Shown piece after piece: positions 10,311 to 19,195 of a DNA stretch of 64,000 bases. The notes below the pieces were generated by a model. It was not told the origin of the DNA. It worked only from the letters and a program-made list of their open reading frames with translations, and ran no database searches. The position numbers and the translations under genes are program-made. Every line of letters starts with the position of its first letter. Position 1 is the stretch's first letter. Source of the DNA: an uncultured virus (IMG/VR IMGVR_UViG_2837005551_000004) (taxonomy: Duplodnaviria; Heunggongvirae; Uroviricota; Caudoviricetes); IMG/VR virus record IMGVR_UViG_2837005551_000004. One strand, written 5' to 3'.

Positions 10311-10757
10311 TTATGCAGCTTTGCCCCATTCGATATGTGAGGGAACGAGCGGAAGTTCTACCTCCTGCCCGGTGTCTCCCTCTTTCCACTTGCGAGTATT
10401 GCTTGAAATATGGCAGTTGCGGATCTTGTCAGTTACCACGACCCCATTTTCAGGCAAATAACTCACCTGTATTTCAATGGGTGGGAGGTCTTGCAGTCGT
10501 CCGTTCACGCTCTGGGATTGAAGCGCCACAACTTCCTCGTGGTAGAGGGTAATTTTAGCGGAGGGGGTTATACGTCCTTTTGCACGTCCCACCGGGTGAC
10601 GCCCTGCGCCCCACTTGTTAACGATTTCCTGCTCATCGCCATACTCCACACCTGTAATGCCGGTAACAGGCACACCGCCGACAAGTACGACAATATCAGC
10701 CCACGCAACTAACATGCCGTTAACCATAGGCACGCCGTTTTTAATGCTTACGTTCAT
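10311..10757 (-). CDS. Tail tube protein
   Basis: 148 aa after sheath; WADI...GITGVEY...GAGRHPVGR. Confidence 0.8.
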   Translation of the reverse strand: MNVSIKNGVPMVNGMLVAWADIVVLVGGVPVTGITGVEYGDEQEIVNKWGAGRHPVGRAKGRITPSAKITLYHEEVVALQSQSVNGRLQDLPPIEIQVSYLPENGVVVTDKIRNCHISSNTRKWKEGDTGQEVELPLVPSHIEWGKAA

Positions 10758-10780
10758 TGCTTTTGCCTTTTGTGTTTAGG

Positions 10781-11959
10781 TTATACGGATTTAGCGAACC
10801 CGATTTTAATTCTCACATGTCGCATAACCGGGACTGCAACATTCTTGATTACGAACTCTACCAGGCTGGTGCTTGCGACATCCTGCTCCGGGTCTATCTC
10901 AACTTTGTAGCCGCTAAGTTCCCCGGCTCGTTCCATAGCCTCGAGGGCTTGGTTTGCCACAGTTTCCAAATGCGCCACGGTATAGCTTGCCAACTGTCCG
11001 GTGGAAGCGTCAACATATACGTTGCCGCCGAGTTCCGGCTTTACGTATGTGCGTATGCCGCGCACAGCCTTATCCATAGTTCGCACGCTCTCAATGGCTG
11101 CGTAGTCGCTGATTGCGGAGTCCATTGTGTGGCTGTCATTCATATAGCTTCCGGCTTGCCCGGTATGAGTGATAAAGAACAGATAACGCGCCGTGTCAAG
11201 TGTCTCGAGCAATGCTTTATCCACATCGCGCAACAGTGTACCGTCACCGAAAGCCGGGAGACTTACACCGGTGGGGAACTCTTTGATCCATGCAATACAC
11301 TGGTGAACCTTTGCGCTGCTAAGCAAGCCCATAACGACACCCAGACCGCTGACGCTTGCTTTCCCGGTGTTGGTCTTGTCGTTAAACAGGTCTGCTCCTT
11401 TGCCGCTTCCTGCCTGACCTATCACCACGCTGACGCGGCTTTTATTCTCACCCGCAAGGTTAACCGGCATTGTGTTGAGCGTGCCCACTTTCGGGGCGTA
11501 CACGACAGACAGTTCCGCCTCCTCCCCGGCAAGTGCGTCCGCGACACCCTGCAGGGCCGTGAGGTCGTCACCGCTAAGGGTGCGGTCGCCACACCATACG
11601 CCGATCTGACGGATACGGCCGGCCGCAAAGTTCTGCACTGTCTTAAGCTCGGCGAATGTCTGGGACTCACCCTGCGGCTTCTCGAAGATCGCCACATACA
11701 GGCTTACAGCCGGGTTAATTCGGTAAAGTTCGCTGAGCTGATAGTGAAGCACACGCACGCCCCAGCTTGCTGCATCCTCCTTAATACCCGCAGCCTCCGC
11801 CGCGTCAATGGTGCTGAGTGGCTGCACGTGGTCGGTTTTGAACGCGGCCGGAATATCTGCCGCCGGAAGATAGACCACAAAACCGGTTATATGGTCCTCA
11901 CCGGGCAGAGACTTGGGGACATTGCCGTTCTGTCTCTGTATATTCAGACTTGTTGCCAT
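10781..11959 (-). CDS. Tail sheath protein (DUF2586-like)
   Basis: SDYAAIESVRTMDKAVR, IDPEQDV; size and position. Confidence 0.85.
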   Translation of the reverse strand: MATSLNIQRQNGNVPKSLPGEDHITGFVVYLPAADIPAAFKTDHVQPLSTIDAAEAAGIKEDAASWGVRVLHYQLSELYRINPAVSLYVAIFEKPQGESQTFAELKTVQNFAAGRIRQIGVWCGDRTLSGDDLTALQGVADALAGEEAELSVVYAPKVGTLNTMPVNLAGENKSRVSVVIGQAGSGKGADLFNDKTNTGKASVSGLGVVMGLLSSAKVHQCIAWIKEFPTGVSLPAFGDGTLLRDVDKALLETLDTARYLFFITHTGQAGSYMNDSHTMDSAISDYAAIESVRTMDKAVRGIRTYVKPELGGNVYVDASTGQLASYTVAHLETVANQALEAMERAGELSGYKVEIDPEQDVASTSLVEFVIKNVAVPVMRHVRIKIGFAKSV

Positions 11960-12336
11960 TACGCTTCCACTTTTAAGGGTACTGCCGAAAATCCCAGACT
12001 TTTGCCGTGGTTTCGGGCGTCAGTTTCCTGTTTGAAACACTGGCCGTCGGCTGTCACCCATACTGCCGGGAGACTGTGACGCCGGCACGCTGCTTTACCC
12101 ACAGCAGTAAGGGCGTCAGTTTCCGCCTTTGCTTTGGCGCGGGCTGCTTTCAGTTTTGCGACCAGTTCCGGCTCGGGCTGGTTCTTGCCTTTGCCTGACT
12201 TTTTCGCCGAAGCTGTCTCTAAGGTTGCCGCGACGTGTGCCATCTCCTCCGCAGTGACGGCGCCGGCTTCATTAATCGTTGCCAGATTTTCCGCTGCGAT
12301 TTCGGCTGTGGTCTTTTCTTTTGTTTCGTTGCTCAT
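11959..12336 (-). CDS. Hypothetical phage protein
   Basis: Coupled ORF, WVTADGQCF motif. Confidence 0.6.
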   Translation of the reverse strand: MSNETKEKTTAEIAAENLATINEAGAVTAEEMAHVAATLETASAKKSGKGKNQPEPELVAKLKAARAKAKAETDALTAVGKAACRRHSLPAVWVTADGQCFKQETDARNHGKSLGFSAVPLKVEA

Positions 12337-12878
12337 ATCTTTTTACGTTTTAGATTATATATTTTCCACCCTGCTACTGACAGGATCAGAACTGCAGCCA
12401 ATATCAGGGTGGCGACTTTCAACCGTTCCCACAGGCTCGGGGCTTTGGTAGCTGTTACCGTCACTTCGTCAAGCGTGCCGCCGTCAATGGTCTGCACCGC
12501 TTCGGTTTCGGTCTCGGCTTTCTCCTCGGCGGTAATATCTGCCGCCTCATTACTCTGCTGCTCCTCGCCGTGGGTCTGCCGGATCTTGGCTTTTAACGGT
12601 CTTTGTCCGGTGTCCGGGTCGGGTTGCTTTTCAGTGTCGTAGACCTCAATCTCCGTAACCGTCAGCCCCCGGGTTTGGGTCTCCCTCGTCAGGGTCGCCT
12701 CTTGGTGTTGGGTGTGCACCTCGCAACCTTTGGCGCTCGTCGTCACATGCTCCGTTGTTTCCGTCCTGGTGTGCTCCGCGACCTTTCGGTGTGAGCAGCA
12801 GCTCGAATTTGACAGGGCAGCTATCAATATGACGACAGCCCCAAATGCGCTCCAGTGCGTTGTTGAGTCTTTGCACAT
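12333..12878 (-). CDS. Putative unimolecular spanin (lipoprotein with C-terminal TM)
   Basis: Hydrophobic signal ending SSC, Thr-rich middle, C-terminal TM plus basic tail; in lysis cassette. Confidence 0.6.
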   Translation of the reverse strand: MCKDSTTHWSAFGAVVILIAALSNSSCCSHRKVAEHTRTETTEHVTTSAKGCEVHTQHQEATLTRETQTRGLTVTEIEVYDTEKQPDPDTGQRPLKAKIRQTHGEEQQSNEAADITAEEKAETETEAVQTIDGGTLDEVTVTATKAPSLWERLKVATLILAAVLILSVAGWKIYNLKRKKI

Positions 12879-13131
12879 CTTTGCGTAAGTTAGTTATTTC
12901 GGCTTTGAGCGGCGGCACAATACTTTCCATCAGTATGTCCGCAGCCTTTCGCACGTTTTCAAGCTCATTGCTTTTGACCTCTGCGAGCTTATTATTCATT
13001 TCAGCCCTCAGCGTCTTAAGTTCAATGCGGTATTTAGTGCGCTCCAGTTTGCGGCCAACCCATGCCCCTACGGGACCAGATACCGCCGCAACAAGCGCCG
13101 ATACTATGATTGTTATTATTTCGCCGCTCAT
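12646..13131 (-). CDS. Holin-like / membrane-anchored coiled-coil lysis protein
   Basis: N-terminal TM, coiled coil, follows endolysin. Confidence 0.55.
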   Translation of the reverse strand: MSGEIITIIVSALVAAVSGPVGAWVGRKLERTKYRIELKTLRAEMNNKLAEVKSNELENVRKAADILMESIVPPLKAEITNLRKDVQRLNNALERIWGCRHIDSCPVKFELLLTPKGRGAHQDGNNGACDDERQRLRGAHPTPRGDPDEGDPNPGADGYGD

Positions 13132-13140
13132 TCATTGTTC

Positions 13141-13210
13141 CAATGCTTTGTCGGCTGCGCTCGGCATAGCCGGAGCAAGCTCCGCTCTGCTCTCACTGGC
13201 ACGACAATTC
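13141..13210 (-). repeat. ~70-bp structured intergenic element, copy 1
   Basis: Reverse complement aligns with 16358-16426. Confidence 0.75.
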
Positions 13211-13216
13211 ATATTG

Positions 13217-13846
13217 TTACTGTTTAATACCCACTTTTGTGAGCCATTTTTTTACATCGAAGCCGGGGCACGGTTTATTAGCAAATTCGTTATGACCGTG
13301 AACAGTAGCGCCGGGGTATTTCTTGAGAAGTTCTTTAACCAACTTTACAAGCGTAGCCTCTTGTGCCGGGGTTCGTGTGTCCTTCCCGATATTTTGCCAA
13401 TTCGGGGTCTTACGTGGCGGACATCCGCCAACGTAACACACACCGATTGACCGCGTATTATGTCCGGTGCAATGCGCTCCGGCCACTGCCTCGGACCGCC
13501 CGGGGCGGATTTCCCCGTTTAGTCCGATAACATAGTGGTAGCCTATATCAGAAAAGCCACGCGCCAAATGGCTTGCTTTTATCCGGGTATTTGAAAACTC
13601 CTCACCCTCCGGCGTTGCCGTATAGTGCAGAATGATTTCATCGACCTTGCGCTTTCCGGGTGTCGCGCCCATAGCTGCAAGTGTCTGCGCTCCGGCTATT
13701 CCGTCAGCCGTTAACCCCTTACGCTTCTGAAACTCTTTGACGGCTTCCTCGGTCAACGGTCCGAAAATACCGTCAGGTATGAGGTTTAACCGCTGTTGCA
13801 GGGCTTTTACCTCCGCGCCTCTGCTTCCTTGTTTCAGTGTAGCCAT
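13217..13846 (-). CDS. Endolysin: peptidoglycan-binding domain + Amidase_2
   Basis: DGIFGPLTEEAVKEFQ; IILHYTAT, DIGYHYVI, GAHC, HGHNEFANKPCP. Confidence 0.95.
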   Translation of the reverse strand: MATLKQGSRGAEVKALQQRLNLIPDGIFGPLTEEAVKEFQKRKGLTADGIAGAQTLAAMGATPGKRKVDEIILHYTATPEGEEFSNTRIKASHLARGFSDIGYHYVIGLNGEIRPGRSEAVAGAHCTGHNTRSIGVCYVGGCPPRKTPNWQNIGKDTRTPAQEATLVKLVKELLKKYPGATVHGHNEFANKPCPGFDVKKWLTKVGIKQ

Positions 13847-13853
13847 AGGTTTT

Positions 13854-14936
13854 TTACGCTTTTGCGCTGACTATTGCCATACGACAATTGGTCTCAGACA
13901 AAGGCAGACAAATGCCGTACTGGTCAAAGTTAACGAGGTTGCGGTGGTTCTGAGGGTCGTTCTCGGCTTTACTCCAGTAGAATGTTGTTGAGCCTGCGGC
14001 TTTCATCATTCTGCCGGCATAGAACGCAACGGAGCTCTGCGAGTCGGTCGCACCGGGAACAGCACCCCATGCAAGTTTTTTACCTGCCGAGTTGTAATAG
14101 GGTGTGCCGTCATATTCGTAAATGTCAAAACCATACAGGCGGCCGATTTTGCCCTCGGTCTGGTTAATGTTGTAATGGTCTTTGAAACGCTGCTCTGTCT
14201 GGAGCAGGTCGTTCACATGGTCGGAACAGAGCACCAGCACGCGATCCTGCTTGGGTATACCCATTTTGTCAAAGCTCCTTTTGACTGCCAAAAGGTCAGC
14301 CGAAGTCATGAGCTTGCGACCCTCTACAGCTTCGCCGGTAGTGAAAAGCACAGGCACGCCGGTTTTATTCTCATCCGGGGCAATGGCGTGTATTGCACGC
14401 TGACCGAACGCCTCGACCAATACATCGCGGTGGCGTTCCTGAACGCTTGCCATTTTGTCGTAACTGATAGCGTGCAGCTCATCATTGGTCACAGGGGTTG
14501 CCTCGGTTGTGAACTTGTCAAGACTCACAGGCTTGTCCGCATCCTCCAGAGCAGTAACAGGAATTGGGTAGGTGGTATTATTTACAAGCACCGTGGGGTC
14601 ACCGCCGATTTCAACGAAGTGGATAACGTCGTTATTTACATACTGGTTATAACTGCGGATTCTTGCAAGCCAGCCCCACGACTCCAGGGCGGTGCGGAAC
14701 TGTTTGATCTGCTCACCGGTCCATATCTCTTTGAGGACACCGGCACGGAATGAACCCGCGGGGGCTGCCTGACCTAATGCAAGTGCCAGAACATTGCCGG
14801 CGATTGCTCCGGTTTCAGGGGCGCAGCCGATTGCCACAGCACAGGTAGCGCCGGCGGCGGCATTGAACGCAACGGCCATAATCATGCAGCTGACTATGCC
14901 GAGCAGCTTCTTAAAAAAATTGCTTTTCGATTTCAT
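13854..14936 (-). CDS. Major capsid protein
   Basis: 360 aa directly after prohead protease; SYDKMASV, GRLYGFDIYE. Confidence 0.8.
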   Translation of the reverse strand: MKSKSNFFKKLLGIVSCMIMAVAFNAAAGATCAVAIGCAPETGAIAGNVLALALGQAAPAGSFRAGVLKEIWTGEQIKQFRTALESWGWLARIRSYNQYVNNDVIHFVEIGGDPTVLVNNTTYPIPVTALEDADKPVSLDKFTTEATPVTNDELHAISYDKMASVQERHRDVLVEAFGQRAIHAIAPDENKTGVPVLFTTGEAVEGRKLMTSADLLAVKRSFDKMGIPKQDRVLVLCSDHVNDLLQTEQRFKDHYNINQTEGKIGRLYGFDIYEYDGTPYYNSAGKKLAWGAVPGATDSQSSVAFYAGRMMKAAGSTTFYWSKAENDPQNHRNLVNFDQYGICLPLSETNCRMAIVSAKA

Positions 14937-14967
14937 TGCTGTTGTTGATTGTGTTTATAGGGTTTAT

Positions 14968-15978
14968 TTATTCGCTTAGGGGCGGGCAGTCTACGCCGTA
15001 CTCTTCTTTATACAGGCGCATATATTCCGCGGGCTGGTCTTTGCGGAGTGCAATGAGTTCGCTCTGCGGCACTTCGCTTAACTTGGTGTATTTCTTAGGC
15101 TGTTCACCTGCACCGGGGGCACTCTGTTTGTTCAGGTTCAGTGTGTCGGTGGGCTTCTGCTGTCCGGGCATAGCCTTGAATGTGTCTGCGAGCATTTCTG
15201 CGCCGGCGGCTTTACCGAGCTTAATGTAATGTTCACGCTGCGCCGCTAAAATCTTTCTGTCGGCAATAGCCTGATCCACGTACTGAGTTACGGACGCAAG
15301 CTGCAAAGTTTCGGCGCTGTCCGCCTTGGTTTTCATCAGCTGGAGCGCGGCTGTTACCTGCTCGTCGGACGCATCCTCGGGAAGTCCTAAGAGGATTAAC
15401 TGGTCTTTGTTCATCGCTGTTTTTATTATTTTATTATTGTTATTGATTTCCTCCCCCTCGCCGGGTTCATTCTCCGGCGCGGGCTTGGGTTCGTTCAGTT
15501 TCAAGAGCGGAAGTGTCGGGGCATCCTCACCGGCGGCGAGCTTCAACTGCTTGCCGTCTGCTCCACAGAGTTGCAGGGCTTCATCATTGCCGCCAATATC
15601 CACAATGCTAACCTCGATAAGTTTGCACCGTGTCACCGTTGCACGTGTCTGCCCTTCCAATGCTAAAGCCGGGTCTGGGTTCACTTCGGTAGGCTCCAGG
15701 GCTGCCGAAGCCATGCGCAAAAATCCGCTTTCCCATTTGCTCTCTATCTTCCGGGCAAATTCATCGTTTTGGTCAAATATCGGGGTGCCTATCAGCTTCC
15801 CCTCCTCAACTCTGAGGTTGTCAATTTTGCCGATAGGCATTGACTGACCGTCGAAAGCACGGCGGTGCATCCATAGCAAAACCGGGTTGCGCTTGAACTG
15901 CTCCAGGTCTATGCCCGAAGTCAGCACACGCGTGCCGTAGCTGTTTACTGCCTCAGTTGAGATTATTACTTCTTTCAT
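14968..15978 (-). CDS. Prohead protease / scaffold
   Basis: VNSYGTRVLT, NPVLLWMH, LIEVSIVDIGGN. Confidence 0.85.
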   Translation of the reverse strand: MKEVIISTEAVNSYGTRVLTSGIDLEQFKRNPVLLWMHRRAFDGQSMPIGKIDNLRVEEGKLIGTPIFDQNDEFARKIESKWESGFLRMASAALEPTEVNPDPALALEGQTRATVTRCKLIEVSIVDIGGNDEALQLCGADGKQLKLAAGEDAPTLPLLKLNEPKPAPENEPGEGEEINNNNKIIKTAMNKDQLILLGLPEDASDEQVTAALQLMKTKADSAETLQLASVTQYVDQAIADRKILAAQREHYIKLGKAAGAEMLADTFKAMPGQQKPTDTLNLNKQSAPGAGEQPKKYTKLSEVPQSELIALRKDQPAEYMRLYKEEYGVDCPPLSE

Positions 15979-16133
15979 TGTAGTTGTCTCGTTTCACTTA
16001 TCGTGCTTGCCACGCTTTGTATTTTAAAATATTAACTCTCGCAAAGAAAATGCCCGGGGCACTTAGGGGCTTGGTCCGGAGGTGGTGGGTGTGTCCCCTG
16101 TGCCCGGGGCGGTTGTCCTAATCTTTTTTACCT

Positions 16134-16209
16134 TGGTGGCGGAGGCAGGACTCGAACCTGCGACCTTTGGGGAATGAGCCCAATGAGCTACCGGCTGCTC
16201 TACTCCGCT
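16134..16209 (-). tRNA. tRNA-Met(CAT), initiator-type, encoded CCA, atypical U37-C38
   Basis: Full cloverleaf: A1xC72 mismatch, A11:U24, GGG/CCC anticodon stem, loop CTCATTC, T-loop TTCGAGT. Confidence 0.9.
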
Positions 16210-16260
16210 AATCGGCTTGCCGCTTTGCTATGCAAAGAATGTATTTAAGTCGTTCAGCGG

Positions 16261-16353
16261 TGCAAAGTTGAGCATTGTTCACAACCCTAACAAAAAGAGT
16301 GTAAAAGTTTTACACTCTTTTTTACCATAGCACTTTTTTACCCCAACTTTGCA
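16261..16353. promoter_or_regulatory. Symmetric bidirectional late promoter with central 31-bp palindrome
   Basis: TGCAAAGTTG (16261-70) and CAACTTTGCA (16344-53) each 37 bp from centre 16307 of AAAAAGAGTGTAAAA-G-TTTTACACTCTTTTT. Confidence 0.8.
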
Positions 16354-16357
16354 GTGT

Positions 16358-16426
16358 GAATTATCGTGCAAACCGAACGCAGAGCGGAGTTTACTCCTGC
16401 TATGCTGAGGTGCCGCCGATAATGCG
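16358..16426 (+). repeat. ~70-bp structured intergenic element, copy 2
   Basis: GAATTATCGTGC...GCAGAGCGGAG...GCTATGCTGAGG, homologous to 13141-13210. Confidence 0.75.
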
Positions 16427-16484
16427 AAATATCGAAAACGCCCCCGCAGTGTGGGTGTTAACTTAAATTCTCGGTTTATTATGA

Positions 16485-16961
16485 ATGGCAACTAAAACCA
16501 AAAAGGAACGCGAACAGCAACGCGAACACGCGCGCCTCCTATATATGCAGGGGGAGCCTCAGAAGTCTATTGCTGAAAAAGTCGGCGTATCTGCTCAGAC
16601 TGTCACAAAATGGGTTGCGGAGGGTGGCTGGGAACAGGCACGAGCCGCCGCCAACATTACGAGACAGGAACTGGTTAATAAAATTTTTAACTCCATAAAT
16701 GTGTTACTGGAGGATTTGGCAAATGACCCCAGCCCGGAGAAAACAGCCGCCAGCGCTGACAAACTTGTGAAGTTTGCCGCCACTGTTGAACGCCTCGACA
16801 AAAAAACTTCCGTGGTTGACATTATAGAGGTATTTATGGCTTTCAGCAAATGGCTGCAATATCGTATGAGCTTCGACCCGAATGTCACCCCGGAACTGCT
16901 CAAAACCATTAACCATTATCACGACCTTTTCATCTCTGAAAAATTAAAAGAGTCTTTCTAA
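16485..16961 (+). CDS. Terminase small subunit (HTH)
   Basis: QKSIAEKVGVSAQTVTKW...W; precedes large subunit. Confidence 0.8.
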   Translation: MATKTKKEREQQREHARLLYMQGEPQKSIAEKVGVSAQTVTKWVAEGGWEQARAAANITRQELVNKIFNSINVLLEDLANDPSPEKTAASADKLVKFAATVERLDKKTSVVDIIEVFMAFSKWLQYRMSFDPNVTPELLKTINHYHDLFISEKLKESF

Positions 16962-16964
16962 AGT

Positions 16965-18512
16965 ATGACAAAAGCGGAATTAAAAAAAGCGATTGAGGAA
17001 TGGAAACAGCACTGCGAAACGGTGCAGGCTGCCACTTCCATTAACATCATAGAATCGCCGGCACAGCGTCTCGCGCGCATTGCCCGGCTGCGCTCTGATT
17101 ATACCGCTTTCGTTGATTACTATTTCCCACACTGGACTATTAACCCCGAAACCGGGAAAGCTACCCCTTGCGCTAAATTCCACATTGACGCGGCCAATAA
17201 GATAAAAGCCAACCGAAACCTCAAAGCCGGTTTTGTCTGGCATCGTGGTGCGGCTAAGTCTACCAATATGGACGTATTTGTCCCTATGTGGCTAATGTGT
17301 CAGGAACGCCGCGAAATTAACGTTATGGTCATCGTCGGCAAGTCTGAGGATAACGCTAAAACTCTGTTGGGTGACATTCAGGCGGAGTTACAGTACAACC
17401 AGCGTTATATTGCCGATTTCGGGGAACAGTACAACGCCGGATCCTGGGAGGAGGGAGAATTTGTAACGCAGACGGAAGTCGCATTTTTTGCCCGTGGTCG
17501 CGGTCAGTCTCCGCGTGGTCTGCGCTACCGCTCACACCGTCCGGATTACATCGTTATTGACGACCTCGACGACGACGAACTGGTGGAAAGTCCGGCGCGT
17601 GTCTCTAAGCTGTTCGACTGGGTGCGCTCGGCTCTGTTCGGTACTCTCGACGGTGGGCGCGGCCGCTTCTTTATGGTCGGTAATATGATTGCCAAAAATT
17701 CAGTGCTGGCGAAGTGGTGCGATATTAAGAGCGTACACGTTACCCGTGTAAACATCTACGACAAAAACGGCGATATTTCCTGGGCTGCCAAATGGACCCC
17801 GGAGGAAGTGCAGGCAATTGCCGACGTCGCCGGTTATCGTGCATTTCAAAAAGAATACATGAATAACCCGATAATTGAGGGTGCAGTGTTCCGCAACGAG
17901 TGGATCCGCTGGGGTAAGCGCCCTGCCTGGTCTAAGTTCTCGGAAATTGTGCTTTATATCGACCCCAGTTTCAAAGGCTCAAACAAAAATGACTTTAAGG
18001 CGGCGAAACTCTGGGGGAAAGCCGGGACTCAGCTCTGGCACCTCCGTGCTTTTGTCCGTCAGTGCTCCGTTGCCGAAATGGTACGCTGGTGTTACGACCT
18101 TTACGAATGGGCGCGCGCTCAGGGTATCGCCGTGCGCTGGTACATGGAGGCGAATTTTATGCAGGACACCATCCTCGATGAATTTATGCGAGAGGGTGAA
18201 CTTCGCGGCTACCAGCTCCCAATGACCGGCGACAAGCGCAAAAAGCCTGACAAGTTCCAGCGCGTTGAAGCTGTTTCGCCACTGTGGGAGCGTGGGTTCG
18301 TCTATTACGACGAGAGCCAGCGAGACGACCCCGATATGCTCGCCGGCATCGACCAGACCCTCGCATTTGAAAAGGGTATGCGCGGACACGACGACGCACC
18401 GGACGCCGACGAGGGCGCTATATGGATTTTACAGAGAGATACCCGACAAAAGAAAATTGTTTCATCCACTTCAATAGGGTTGCGACCTAACGCAAAAAAT
18501 GTATCATGGTAA
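16965..18512 (+). CDS. Terminase large subunit
   Basis: RGAAKST, RPDYIVIDD, YIDPS, HDDAPDA. Confidence 0.95.
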   Translation: MTKAELKKAIEEWKQHCETVQAATSINIIESPAQRLARIARLRSDYTAFVDYYFPHWTINPETGKATPCAKFHIDAANKIKANRNLKAGFVWHRGAAKSTNMDVFVPMWLMCQERREINVMVIVGKSEDNAKTLLGDIQAELQYNQRYIADFGEQYNAGSWEEGEFVTQTEVAFFARGRGQSPRGLRYRSHRPDYIVIDDLDDDELVESPARVSKLFDWVRSALFGTLDGGRGRFFMVGNMIAKNSVLAKWCDIKSVHVTRVNIYDKNGDISWAAKWTPEEVQAIADVAGYRAFQKEYMNNPIIEGAVFRNEWIRWGKRPAWSKFSEIVLYIDPSFKGSNKNDFKAAKLWGKAGTQLWHLRAFVRQCSVAEMVRWCYDLYEWARAQGIAVRWYMEANFMQDTILDEFMREGELRGYQLPMTGDKRKKPDKFQRVEAVSPLWERGFVYYDESQRDDPDMLAGIDQTLAFEKGMRGHDDAPDADEGAIWILQRDTRQKKIVSSTSIGLRPNAKNVSW

Positions 18513-18763
18513 TATTTGAATACTTCCGCGCCCTCCTGTTCGACTGGCGCAAAAAACGCGCGATCCGTGAAGCTCAGCGCTCCGCTGACCTCCACCGTAA
18601 AAAATTCCTGGTGCTTGTGCTTCATGGGCGCCCGGTCTGCGTATCTATGCAGGGCGTTAAAAAAATGATCCGGCAAAAGCGCCTCCCCGGCCTGACTGCC
18701 GAAAAAGCCCGCGAAATTGCAATTTATGAAGCTATGCCCAAAACTTCCGGCCTATGTTCCTGA
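18506..18763 (+). CDS. Hypothetical basic phage protein
   Basis: Overlaps neighbours in operon. Confidence 0.6.
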   Translation: MVIFEYFRALLFDWRKKRAIREAQRSADLHRKKFLVLVLHGRPVCVSMQGVKKMIRQKRLPGLTAEKAREIAIYEAMPKTSGLCS

Positions 18764-19170
18764 CTCTTGACGACTACCGGGGCGTGTGCGACGAATACGA
18801 GCTCAAGCAGATAACACAGAACGAAGAAACACGCCTGACCGCCGAAGCCGCCGCCCTGGAGCAAATCGGTTCTTATCTGCGTTATCGCTACGATATGACC
18901 CGGGTATTTGCTTCTGAGGGCTCAGAGCGTAACGCTATGCTCGTACAGTGCGCCGTAAATATTTCCCTTTGGCTAATGGTTCACCGTCTCCCTCAGAATA
19001 TGGGACACGAACGCCGGGAATGTCTCTATAACGACGCTATCAAATGGCTTCGCGATATTCAAGCCGGCAAAGCCTCCCCCGACTTACCTCTCTATGAGAG
19101 TGAGGACGGGGACGACGCACGCAACCCGGTGCGCTACGGCTCTATGAAACCAAACAGATACGACTATTAA
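18754..19170 (+). CDS. Mu gp36-like head-tail adaptor (DUF1320)
   Basis: SYLRYRYD, YNDAIKWLRDIQAG. Confidence 0.8.
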   Translation: MFLTLDDYRGVCDEYELKQITQNEETRLTAEAAALEQIGSYLRYRYDMTRVFASEGSERNAMLVQCAVNISLWLMVHRLPQNMGHERRECLYNDAIKWLRDIQAGKASPDLPLYESEDGDDARNPVRYGSMKPNRYDY

Positions 19171-19195
19171 ACACCCGTTAAATACCGTTTAACCC

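Noticed and set aside
10757..12079. 440-aa plus-strand ORF and similar long antisense ORFs
   Set aside because: Shadows of well-supported genes on the opposite strand; no motifs.
16052..16110. GC-rich hairpin between tRNA and prohead protease as a riboswitch
   Set aside because: A single imperfect stem with no recognisable aptamer; not enough to call.
16134..16209. tRNA as prophage attachment site
   Set aside because: It lies mid-prophage, has no duplicated 3' end, and the phage encodes a transposase rather than an integrase.
18494..18512. A-AAA-AAT slippery site at the terminase end, -1 to the next ORF
   Set aside because: The next gene has its own overlapping ATG with an A-rich leader typical of Bacteroidota, and I saw no convincing adjacent stem.
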